A DNA stretch of 62,000 nucleotides, from positions 20,001 through 82,000 of the forward strand of contig NZ_JMCB01000002.1 of the NCBI RefSeq assembly GCF_000737315.1, written 5' to 3'. Position numbers and translations under genes: made by a program. Origin of the DNA: Hyalangium minutum. GTDB lineage: Bacteria > Myxococcota > Myxococcia > Myxococcales > Myxococcaceae. Below the pieces are notes generated by a model. That model was not told the DNA's origin and searched no databases. It saw nothing but the letters and a program-made list of their open reading frames with translations. Positions 26,612-34,835 of the stretch are shown piece by piece (the first letter of the stretch is position 1; each line of letters opens with the position of its first letter).

Positions 26612-26959
26612 CTACTCCGCCTCCGGCTCCGCATCCACTTCGAAGCGGGACACCTCGCTGAAGACCTGGCGCCGGAGGCGGGTGACGTAACCGAACATCC
26701 GGTCCGAGTCCGCTCGCAGGCGCTTCGCCGCATCGCTGGCGGCGTAGCGCTCGACGGCCTCGGTGCTGGCCATCTCGTAGTGGCACACGTAGCGCGCCCA
26801 CCCATCCTCCGCGGCCGCCGTGTCCTTCCACTTGCGGCACGAGAGGAAGCCCGGCTGGCGCAGCACCTCCGGGACGTGGTGCTGCTCGTGCCACTCGTTC
26901 CAGGCGGCCTCGGAGTTCTGAGCCACCTCGATGGTGACGACGTAGAGCGCGGGCTTCAC
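26612..26959 (-). CDS. DUF4286-like dimeric alpha/beta barrel protein
   Basis: GTG start overlapping the upstream TGA; WNEWHEQHHVPEVLRQPGFLSCR...Y...YE pattern. Confidence 0.75.
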   Translation of the reverse strand: MKPALYVVTIEVAQNSEAAWNEWHEQHHVPEVLRQPGFLSCRKWKDTAAAEDGWARYVCHYEMASTEAVERYAASDAAKRLRADSDRMFGYVTRLRRQVFSEVSRFEVDAEPEAE

Positions 26960-28149
26960 TTCGCGCCTCCGGCCCAGGTGCCCCAGTCCGAGAGCTGCTG
27001 GGTGAACGTGGGCTTGCGGCTCTTGCCCTCCACGCGCTCCACCGTCTCTCCCAGCGCGCCGAAGCGGGCCTGGTAATGCAGCCCATCCAGCGTGGAGTCC
27101 CACGGCTCCGCGGCGTAGAACTCCGAGCGGAGCTGCTGCGCACCGTCGGACTTCTCGGACGTCTCGAAGATGAGCGAGGGGACCTTGCGGCCCTTCACGT
27201 CCAGGGTGCCGCGGCGGTTCGGGGAACCCGTGTACCGAGGCGTGCGGAGCTGATCGGCCATCCAGGGGGCGAGCGAGTGCAGGAACTCCTCGACGGGCAC
27301 CACCTCGGCATTGGCGAAGCTCGGGCAGGGAGCGCCGCTGGTGGGAGCGGGGCCGACGCTCGTGAGCAGGAAGCCGCGCTCGGCGGCGAGGCAGGTGCGG
27401 TTGACCTCTTCACCGGTGCCCGGGTTCAGGCGGGAGTCGGACCAGGTGCCCGGGCCCAGCGGGTACTGCAGCGAGGGAGCCGTGCCCGTGCTGCCCTCGG
27501 CGCCCTGGCGGAACTCCACGAGGGTGAGCTGGTGGCCGCCGCTCGCGCCGAAGCCGGACAGGGTGGTGCTGGCGGAGAGCAGCCCATTCGTCAGGTACAG
27601 CGGGCCCGGGTTCGAGGCGTAGAGGCGGTTCTCCAGCGGGCCATCCACGGGCCGCTTGTCCTCGGTGTAGCGCTTGGCCTCCCAGGTGCGGCCGCCGGCC
27701 GAGAGCTCCTCGGTGCTCTCGGTGCCTCCGCGGGTCCATTCCAGGGAGCGCGAGGCCTCCGTGCTCATGGGGAAGACGAGCTCCTTCGACAGCGGCAGGC
27801 TCGAGCTGGGCTTGCCCGCCTCATCGCTCGTGGAGAGCTTCAGCCAGACCCAAGGAGCTTGGACGGCGACCACCTCCAACGCCAGCCGCCCGGCGACGCG
27901 CGCCTCGGTCTTCGCGCCGACGTTCGCGCGGTTGGCAGTGAAGGCATACACGACGCGGTCGCCCACGCGGGCGGTGTGCCACGGGGTGGTGCCCGAGGAG
28001 GGAGGCGGCGTGTTCGTCATGGGCTCGGTCTGAGGCGGCTCGGTGGCGGTGCCATCGGGTTGCGTCTGAGAGGACGTGGTGGCGCAGCCGGCGAGAACTC
28101 CGAGCGCCGCGGCGCCCACGAGGGACAGGAACGAGGAGCGGGGATGCAT
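26956..28149 (-). CDS. Lipoprotein, unknown function
   Basis: MHPRSSFLSLVGAAALGVLAGC lipobox; Pro/Thr linker; beta-rich mature domain. Confidence 0.8.
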   Translation of the reverse strand: MHPRSSFLSLVGAAALGVLAGCATTSSQTQPDGTATEPPQTEPMTNTPPPSSGTTPWHTARVGDRVVYAFTANRANVGAKTEARVAGRLALEVVAVQAPWVWLKLSTSDEAGKPSSSLPLSKELVFPMSTEASRSLEWTRGGTESTEELSAGGRTWEAKRYTEDKRPVDGPLENRLYASNPGPLYLTNGLLSASTTLSGFGASGGHQLTLVEFRQGAEGSTGTAPSLQYPLGPGTWSDSRLNPGTGEEVNRTCLAAERGFLLTSVGPAPTSGAPCPSFANAEVVPVEEFLHSLAPWMADQLRTPRYTGSPNRRGTLDVKGRKVPSLIFETSEKSDGAQQLRSEFYAAEPWDSTLDGLHYQARFGALGETVERVEGKSRKPTFTQQLSDWGTWAGGAK

Positions 28150-28150
28150 C

Positions 28151-28879
28151 TCAGCTTTCCTTGCAGGGGTTGAGGGGAGACATGAAGGTGCGAATGGCCT
28201 CGGGGTCCACGGGGGTCCCCTTGAGATCGAGAGAGTCGAGCGGCGCTTCGGGGTCCGGATCCTCGCCCATCCAGAAGGCCATGCGCAGCTGCGTCTGGCC
28301 TGGGCACTCGAGGAAGAGGACGGAGTTCAGCCCGTGGTCCGTGCTCTTCTGATTCTGGGCGGACAGCTCACCGCGCTGGGTGACGTAGAGCACGCGCCGG
28401 CCATCGGAGAGCGGGACGATGCCTCGGCCGATGATCTCTCCCTGGCCGACATGCACGCCGTTGCGGGTGAGCACCGAGGTGTCGTCGGACTTGCCCTCGA
28501 CGTACTGGCGCAGCTTCTGCTGGTCGGAGGCGGAGGACATCTTGAGGAACATGTAGACGAAGACACGCACCTCCTCCTTGGGGCCGGTGGTGGGGGCGTC
28601 CGGAGAGCGCGTGCTGAGGACGGCCATGTCCATGATGGCGGGCACGCTGAGGGACATGACGGCGAAGTAGCCATCCGGCAGCGTGTCGGCGCCCAGGGTC
28701 TTCTTCACCATGGCGGTGCGCGTGACGGGGTTGGAGAGGTCCGCTGCGTATTCCTCTCCCTTCTTGAACATGAACGAGATGGCCACCACGACGGCCACGA
28801 TGGACAGCAACAGCAGAGCGCCGCAGCCGATGCCGACATACAGCCACGGTGAGCGCTTCTTGGGCGCAGCAGGTTCCAT
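28151..28879 (-). CDS. Single-pass membrane protein, unknown function
   Basis: KKRSPWLYVGIGCGALLLLSIVAVVVAISF TM anchor; stop lies 1 bp from the downstream lipoprotein start. Confidence 0.75.
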   Translation of the reverse strand: MEPAAPKKRSPWLYVGIGCGALLLLSIVAVVVAISFMFKKGEEYAADLSNPVTRTAMVKKTLGADTLPDGYFAVMSLSVPAIMDMAVLSTRSPDAPTTGPKEEVRVFVYMFLKMSSASDQQKLRQYVEGKSDDTSVLTRNGVHVGQGEIIGRGIVPLSDGRRVLYVTQRGELSAQNQKSTDHGLNSVLFLECPGQTQLRMAFWMGEDPDPEAPLDSLDLKGTPVDPEAIRTFMSPLNPCKES

Positions 28880-28946
28880 GGTGTCCTCCCCTCGGGCGAC
28901 TTGATACACCGAGGAGCGCCGAAGATCCCCAATTCCTGGAGGCCTC

Positions 28947-30935
28947 ATGCCCGCAGCCCTGCCGATTCGTCGTGTTGTCCTCTACAAGCACGGGGTGGGT
29001 TACTTCGAGCGCAAGGGCCAGGTGAACGGCTCCGAGGCCCTGCACCTGGACTTCAAGGCGCGCGAGATGAACGACGTGCTGAAGTCGATGACGGTGCTGG
29101 ACCTTTCGGGTGGCACGGTATCGGCGGTGAGCTACGACTCGACGAAGCCGCTGGAGCAGCTGCTGAAGGAGGCCACCATCCGCATCCCCGAGACCGGCAG
29201 CCTGACGGCGCTGCTGGGGCAAATCAAAGGCGCACGGGTGCGGGCGCGCATCGGCGGCAAGGAGGGGGTGGAGGGCATCATCGTCGGGATGGAGTCGCTG
29301 CCGGTGGTGGAGGGCAAGGCGTCCGTGGTGCGGCCGTTCCTATCGCTGCTGGTGGACGGAGCGCTGCGCACGTTCGACGTGCTGGAGCTGGGGGCGCTGG
29401 AGTTCCTGGATGACGCTGTGCGCAAGGACCTGGAGTTCTACCTGGCGACGGTGCTGTCTTCGTACAAGAAGGACAGCAAGCGGATGTCCATCCTCACGGC
29501 GGGGGAGGGCCAGCGGGAGCTCTTCGTGAGCTACGTGGTGGAGGCGCCGGTATGGAAGACGAGCTACCGGATTCTCCTGGAGGAGAACGAGAAGCCGCTG
29601 CTGCAGGGCTGGGCGCTGGTGGACAACACGGGGGACGAGGACTGGGTGGACGTGGAGCTGGCGCTGATCGCCGGGCTGCCTGTGTCCTTCGTGCATGACT
29701 TGTACAACCCCCGGTACATGAAGCGGCCCATCGTGGAGGTGGTGACGGAGGCGGCCGCCGCGCCCGTCATCCCCGAGGAGGCGCTGGGGGAGATGGACCG
29801 GGCCTCTTTCGGAGGGCTCCAGCAGGAAAAGGAGTACGCGACGCTCGGGGCCCCGGCGATGCAGGCGCCGGCGAGGGGTGGGCGGATGAAGGGCGGAATG
29901 GGGATGCGGGAGGCGGCGGAGCGCAGCGTGGAGGTGAAGACGCTGACGAAGGAGGTGGGGGATCTGTTCGAGTACCGGGTGGGTCATCCGGTGACGGTGC
30001 ACCGCAACCAGAGCGCGCTGGTGCCCATCCTGCAGCGGCCGTTCGAGGGGCGCCGGGTGCTGCTCTACAACCGGTCCACGCGCGAGAAGAACCCCATGGC
30101 GTGTATCGAGTTCACGAACACGACGGGGCTGACGCTGGAGGGCGGGCCGGTGACGGTGTTGGAGGCGGAAACGTACGTGGGCGAGGCGATGCTCGACACG
30201 ATGAAGCCGGACGACAAGCGCTTCGTGCCGTACGCGGTGGAGCTGAGCTGTGTCGTGACGCCGGTGGACTCGACGGAGAACGGGCCGGTGTTCCGGGTGG
30301 TGGTGGACCGGGGAGTGATGGTGGTGGAGCACTACCTGTTCCGGAAGATGACGTACACGGTGCGGAACAAGGGGAAGCGGCCGGCCACGCTCTACCTGGA
30401 GCACCCGCGCCTGGGGGGAGGGGAGCTGAAGGACACGCCCGCGCCGGCGGAGACGACGGAGGGCTTCTGGCGCTTCAAGCTGGAGCTGGCGCCGGGGGCG
30501 AGCGTGGAGCTCCCGGTGACGGAGCGCACGCGGGGGACGGAGCAGTACCACCTGAGCTCCATCCAGAGCGAGCACGTGATGCTCTTCGTGAAGAAGCGCT
30601 ACGTGGACACGAAGCTGGCGGAGGCGCTGAGGGAGATCCTCGCGCTGAAGGATCGGGTGGCGAAGCTGACGCAGGAGGAGCAGCAGCTGACGAACGAGCG
30701 GACGGAGCTCTTCAAGGACCAGGAGCGCATCCGGTCGAACATCGAGTCACTCAAGAGCGGAGCCACGCAGCGGGAGCTGGCCGAGCGCTTCGTGTCGAAG
30801 CTGAGCGAGCAGGAGAACCGGCTGGACGCTATCGGTGCCGCGCTAGAGAGACTCACCCGGGAGCGCAAGGCAGCCAACGAGGAGATCGTCCGCCGCATCC
30901 AGTCGCTGAGCTACTCAGCGGACGCGGAGGCGTAG
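28947..30935 (+). CDS. DUF4139-like protein with C-terminal coiled coil
   Basis: VVLYKHGVGYFER, NDVLKS, SYVVEAPVWKTSYR, QGWALVDNTGDEDW and GDLFEY motifs recall the DUF4139/DUF4140 family. Confidence 0.75.
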   Translation: MPAALPIRRVVLYKHGVGYFERKGQVNGSEALHLDFKAREMNDVLKSMTVLDLSGGTVSAVSYDSTKPLEQLLKEATIRIPETGSLTALLGQIKGARVRARIGGKEGVEGIIVGMESLPVVEGKASVVRPFLSLLVDGALRTFDVLELGALEFLDDAVRKDLEFYLATVLSSYKKDSKRMSILTAGEGQRELFVSYVVEAPVWKTSYRILLEENEKPLLQGWALVDNTGDEDWVDVELALIAGLPVSFVHDLYNPRYMKRPIVEVVTEAAAAPVIPEEALGEMDRASFGGLQQEKEYATLGAPAMQAPARGGRMKGGMGMREAAERSVEVKTLTKEVGDLFEYRVGHPVTVHRNQSALVPILQRPFEGRRVLLYNRSTREKNPMACIEFTNTTGLTLEGGPVTVLEAETYVGEAMLDTMKPDDKRFVPYAVELSCVVTPVDSTENGPVFRVVVDRGVMVVEHYLFRKMTYTVRNKGKRPATLYLEHPRLGGGELKDTPAPAETTEGFWRFKLELAPGASVELPVTERTRGTEQYHLSSIQSEHVMLFVKKRYVDTKLAEALREILALKDRVAKLTQEEQQLTNERTELFKDQERIRSNIESLKSGATQRELAERFVSKLSEQENRLDAIGAALERLTRERKAANEEIVRRIQSLSYSADAEA

Positions 30936-30999
30936 AGCCCGGGGAACCTGGCAGCCAGTTGGAGGGGCCTGCCCAGGGTGGTAGGTTCTCCCTCATCCC

Positions 31000-32532
31000 A
31001 TGACTGCGCTGATGAGCAAGGCTACCCGCGGGCTGTGGACCCTTGCCGGGTTGGTCCTCGCTGCGGGCATCGCTTCCTTTGTCTACCGGCACTCGCCTCC
31101 CGGCGTGGAGCCAGGGCTGCGGCTCGGCGGCTCCTACCTGCAGGTGGCCCTGTCGCCGCTGCTGTTCTTGAGCGCCGGGCTGGCGATTGCGCTGGGCGTG
31201 GGCGCGCGACTCGTCACGTCCTTTGCGCACAAGGCGCCTCCGCCCATGGCGAAGCGGCCTGCCTTGTCTCCGCTGGAGGTGGTGAACGAGGACGTGGCCA
31301 TTGTCGTGCGCGAGATGCTGGTGGAGCTGGGCCGGTACCTGCGCAGCATCGTCACCCAGCCCGAGCCGGACATCATCGTCTTCATGGACTCGCTGATGGA
31401 TGGGGCCATCCGCGTCGGTGCCAGTGACGTCCACATCCACCCGCTCGAGTCGGGTACGCGCATCGCCTTCCGCGTCCACGGTGTGCTGGAGGAGGTCATC
31501 ACCATCCCCCGCGAGCACCACCCGCGCCTCATCAACCGCATCAAGGTGCTGGCGAAGCTCACCCTCTACAAGCTCGACAAGCCGCAGGACGGACATTTCC
31601 CGCTCTCCACCCATGAGGGCCCCGCCGACGTCCGCGTCTCGATTCTCCCCACCAACCACGGCGAGGCCGTGGCGCTGCGCATCGCTCGCACGGGCGTGAA
31701 GCTGCCGCAGCTCACGGCGCTCGGGTTCCCGCCTGTGCTGCAGGAGCGCTACCAGCGCATCCTCGGGCTGCCCCAGGGCGTCATCTTCGTCGCGGGCGCC
31801 ACGGGCAGCGGTAAGACGACGTCGCTGTATGCCTCGCTGGGCTTCATCAAGGAGTCCCGCGGCGAGCTGACGCGCATCGCGACCATCGAGGACCCTGTCG
31901 AGTTCGACGTGCCCCTCTTCGCGCAGACGCAGGTCAACGCCGAGCAGGGCTTCACGTTCGCGCAGGGTCTGCGCTCGGTGCTGCGCCAGGACCCGAACGT
32001 CATCATGGTGGGCGAGATCCGCGATCCGGAGACGGCGCGCACGGCCATTCAGGCGGGCCTGAGCGGTCACTTGATCGTCACCACCATCCACGCGAACTCG
32101 GCCTCGGGCGTGTTCAACCGGCTCATCGAGATGGGCGCGGAGCCGTTCCTCCTGGCATCTGCCACGGTGGCCACCATCTCGCAGCGCCTGGTGCGCGCAC
32201 TGTGCCCGCACTGCCGCACGCCGTCGCCCATCAGTCCCGAAGAGGTCATCCGCTTGGACTCGGCGGGACTGGCGGGGGGCACGTTCTACAGCCCAGTGGG
32301 CTGCCAGCGCTGCGGCGGTAGCGGGTACCTGGGCCGCACGGCCATCTACGAGATGCTGGTGGTGACACCGGCCATCCGCGATGCCATCAACGCCAAGCTG
32401 CCTTCGCCTCAGCTGCAGGAGATCGCGATGAAGGAAGGGATGGTGCCGCTGCTGGCGGCGGGGGTGGAGCGGGCGCGCGCCGGGGCGACGACGCTGCGTG
32501 AGGTGTTCCGAGTCGTCGGCGGTGGAGCCTGA
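31000..32532 (+). CDS. GspE/PilB-family traffic ATPase with N-terminal hydrophobic helices
   Basis: GASDVHIHP; Walker A GATGSGKTTSLY; Asp box TIEDPVE; Walker B LRQDPNVIMVGEIRD; His box GHLIVTTIH; tetra-Cys LCPHC...GCQRC. Confidence 0.92.
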   Translation: MTALMSKATRGLWTLAGLVLAAGIASFVYRHSPPGVEPGLRLGGSYLQVALSPLLFLSAGLAIALGVGARLVTSFAHKAPPPMAKRPALSPLEVVNEDVAIVVREMLVELGRYLRSIVTQPEPDIIVFMDSLMDGAIRVGASDVHIHPLESGTRIAFRVHGVLEEVITIPREHHPRLINRIKVLAKLTLYKLDKPQDGHFPLSTHEGPADVRVSILPTNHGEAVALRIARTGVKLPQLTALGFPPVLQERYQRILGLPQGVIFVAGATGSGKTTSLYASLGFIKESRGELTRIATIEDPVEFDVPLFAQTQVNAEQGFTFAQGLRSVLRQDPNVIMVGEIRDPETARTAIQAGLSGHLIVTTIHANSASGVFNRLIEMGAEPFLLASATVATISQRLVRALCPHCRTPSPISPEEVIRLDSAGLAGGTFYSPVGCQRCGGSGYLGRTAIYEMLVVTPAIRDAINAKLPSPQLQEIAMKEGMVPLLAAGVERARAGATTLREVFRVVGGGA

Positions 32533-32549
32533 GGGCGGGGAGAAGTCAC

Positions 32550-33278
32550 GTGAGCAACGCCAAGGATCCCCAGCAGGACGAGATGATGGACGCGCTCATG
32601 GGCCGAGCCCAGGAGACCGAGCACGTCCAGTCGCGCTTCTCCAATCTTCAGGCTCCCGGTCAGTCCCCGAGCGGGCAGCCGGATCAGCCTGGAGCCAGGG
32701 GCTCGGGGACGCCGGTGTCGACGGGAACGGTGTCCGTGCACCAGCCGCTCCGGGACAAGGTGGGCACGTTCCTGCCCTCGACGGAGGGCGGGCTGTGGAA
32801 GGTGGCGGGGGCGCTGCGGCTGGGCGCGGCGGGGTTCGGGCTGATGACAGCGGTGCTGTTCGTGATGCCGGAACTGAAGGGGACGTTCCAGGCGCCGTCG
32901 TCGTTCTCGTCGCCGTCGTCGTCATCGCCGTCCGATTCGGGGAAGCAGCCGACGTACAAGACGATCGCGCCGACACTCGATACGCCGGCGGCGAACCCGG
33001 AGCAGGTCATCACCGAGCAGAGCGCGGCCTTCGATGGCGCGTCGGTCCTGATGATCGAGTCCGAGCAGAGTGGGGTTTCGGTGCGGGTGGACGGCAACGA
33101 CCAGGGGAACACGCCGGTGTCGCTGACGCTGGACTGCCTGCCAGGCAAGCCCATCAAGGTGGAGGTGTCGCGCAAGGGTTACGAGCGCGCGCAGCACCTG
33201 ACGTTCTGCCGCCCGGATACGATGATCAAGCTGTACGCCCGGCTGCGCAAAGTGGAGAAGGCGGGCGGAGCGAAGTAG
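32550..33278 (+). CDS. Bitopic membrane protein with C-terminal PEGA domain
   Basis: TM segment GAAGFGLMTAVLFVM, Ser/Pro linker, then LMIESEQSGVSVRVDGNDQGNTPV...VEVSRKGY. Confidence 0.82.
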   Translation: MSNAKDPQQDEMMDALMGRAQETEHVQSRFSNLQAPGQSPSGQPDQPGARGSGTPVSTGTVSVHQPLRDKVGTFLPSTEGGLWKVAGALRLGAAGFGLMTAVLFVMPELKGTFQAPSSFSSPSSSSPSDSGKQPTYKTIAPTLDTPAANPEQVITEQSAAFDGASVLMIESEQSGVSVRVDGNDQGNTPVSLTLDCLPGKPIKVEVSRKGYERAQHLTFCRPDTMIKLYARLRKVEKAGGAK

Positions 33279-33284
33279 CGCGGC

Positions 33285-34130
33285 TCAGCGGGAGACGGGG
33301 CTGGGAGGCCAGGACACGGGCCGGTCATTGAACCGGGCGCGGAGTCCATCGAGCGCCTGGAGTCGCACGTCGCGGTTGTACTTCTGGGCGCCGCTGACGG
33401 CTCCGAAGATGGTGCCTGTGTACCAGATCATCTCGAGCGCCCCGAGGAGCACGGCAACACCCACCTGATCGCGGCGGATGGACTCATAGAGGGCGAAGGA
33501 GAACAGGCCGTTCCATCCCAAGGCCGCGAGCCCGGTTAGTGGCTCACCGATGTAGAGGTGCCCGGCGCCCGGGACGATGGAGAGCAGCCCCGCGAGCAGG
33601 GGAGACTTGCGGGGCAGGGAGGGCCAGCTCCGAGCCGCCTGGGTCAGCGGGCCTTTCTCGGGGAGAGAGGAGACAGAGGCAAAGGCGTCCAGAGCCTCTT
33701 CTCCGCGGTCTTCCGCGAGCAGCGCCCAGCCCAGCAGATAGCGAGCACGGTCGGTGTCTGCGGGTGGCTGTGCGTCGTTCCACCGGAGGAAGGAGCGGAG
33801 GGAGAGGATCGCGGCCTGGGAGCGGCCCGAGGCGTAGCGCGCCCAACCGACCTCCAGCTGCGTCCGGGCTCGCCACTCGGGAGAGAGCTCAGCCAGGGAG
33901 AGGAAGTGGGCCTCGGCCGCATCGGGTTGCTCTCCGTGCACATAGGCGCGGCCAATGGCGAGCCGGGCCTCATCCGCCAGGGGAGAGTCCGGGTACAGAT
34001 AGAGGAAGCGTTTGTACTCACCGATGGCGCGGTAGTAGTCGCCCTCGGTGTCGAGAGCGCGGGCGAAGCCCAGCTGCTGCTCCGCGTCGGGCGCTCCTGC
34101 GAGTACGAGGGCCAGAAGGGTCAAGAGCAC
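33285..34130 (-). CDS. Exported tetratricopeptide-repeat protein with C-terminal hydrophobic hairpin
   Basis: Signal peptide; YYRAIGEYKRFLYLYPDSPLADEARLAIGRAY TPR; KSPLLAGLLSIVPGAGHLYIG. Confidence 0.82.
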   Translation of the reverse strand: MLLTLLALVLAGAPDAEQQLGFARALDTEGDYYRAIGEYKRFLYLYPDSPLADEARLAIGRAYVHGEQPDAAEAHFLSLAELSPEWRARTQLEVGWARYASGRSQAAILSLRSFLRWNDAQPPADTDRARYLLGWALLAEDRGEEALDAFASVSSLPEKGPLTQAARSWPSLPRKSPLLAGLLSIVPGAGHLYIGEPLTGLAALGWNGLFSFALYESIRRDQVGVAVLLGALEMIWYTGTIFGAVSGAQKYNRDVRLQALDGLRARFNDRPVSWPPSPVSR

Positions 34131-34140
34131 GAATGCTCCT

Positions 34141-34833
34141 CTAACAATTGCTCGTGGGGGGTACCGGCTGAGGATAGAGGAGCTGCATCGGATCCCAGAC
34201 GTATTTGTCGATGGGGATCCAGGTGAAGTGGCTGAGGGCGTGCTTCTCAGTGAAGCGCATGAAGCGCTCGGAGACCATGAGAACTCCCCACATGCCTCGG
34301 GGACGGAACACGTCCTCCCCGTTCCAGGTTCCTGGCTCCAAGGCGAGTCCGTCGATGGCCCCAGGACCGATGGCGCGGCACCAGGTGCACCGCATGGGCT
34401 TGTGGATCAGGATGTGGCTACGGCTCATGTCCAGCGCGGGCTGGCCGTAGGTGGGCAGCACATAGAGATACCGAGGCGGTGGTCCGGGCTTGGGGCCACG
34501 GCGTTTCCGGCGGACCCGCAGAATCTCCACCGGCTGGAAGCCACTGAGCCCCGTCAGGCCCTCGGCCTTGAAGTCTTCAGCAAAGCGCTCGGTTACCAGC
34601 AGTCCACCGCTGGGCTCCTGCATGAGGTCTCCGAAGTCCTTGCCGTAGAGCTCCAACTCACCTTGGAACGGAGGCTCCCAAGTCAGCATCCCCACGGTCT
34701 CTCCGCATTGAGGACAGCGCAGCGCAGGGCCGACATTCGCCTTGCTCGGGCTGAACTCCGTGTCGTGCTGGCCCTCAGTGAGCTTCTTCATGACGAAGAA
34801 GCGCGGTGGGGTTGAAGAAAAGTTAGCAGCCAT
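34141..34833 (-). CDS. Double-CXXCG motif protein (Gmx_para_CXXCG/SitI6-like immunity family)
   Basis: LRCPQCG and MRCTWCR motifs; RFFV at the N-terminus; DVFRPRG...LMVSERF near the C-terminus. Confidence 0.7.
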   Translation of the reverse strand: MAANFSSTPPRFFVMKKLTEGQHDTEFSPSKANVGPALRCPQCGETVGMLTWEPPFQGELELYGKDFGDLMQEPSGGLLVTERFAEDFKAEGLTGLSGFQPVEILRVRRKRRGPKPGPPPRYLYVLPTYGQPALDMSRSHILIHKPMRCTWCRAIGPGAIDGLALEPGTWNGEDVFRPRGMWGVLMVSERFMRFTEKHALSHFTWIPIDKYVWDPMQLLYPQPVPPTSNC

Positions 34834-34835
34834 CA

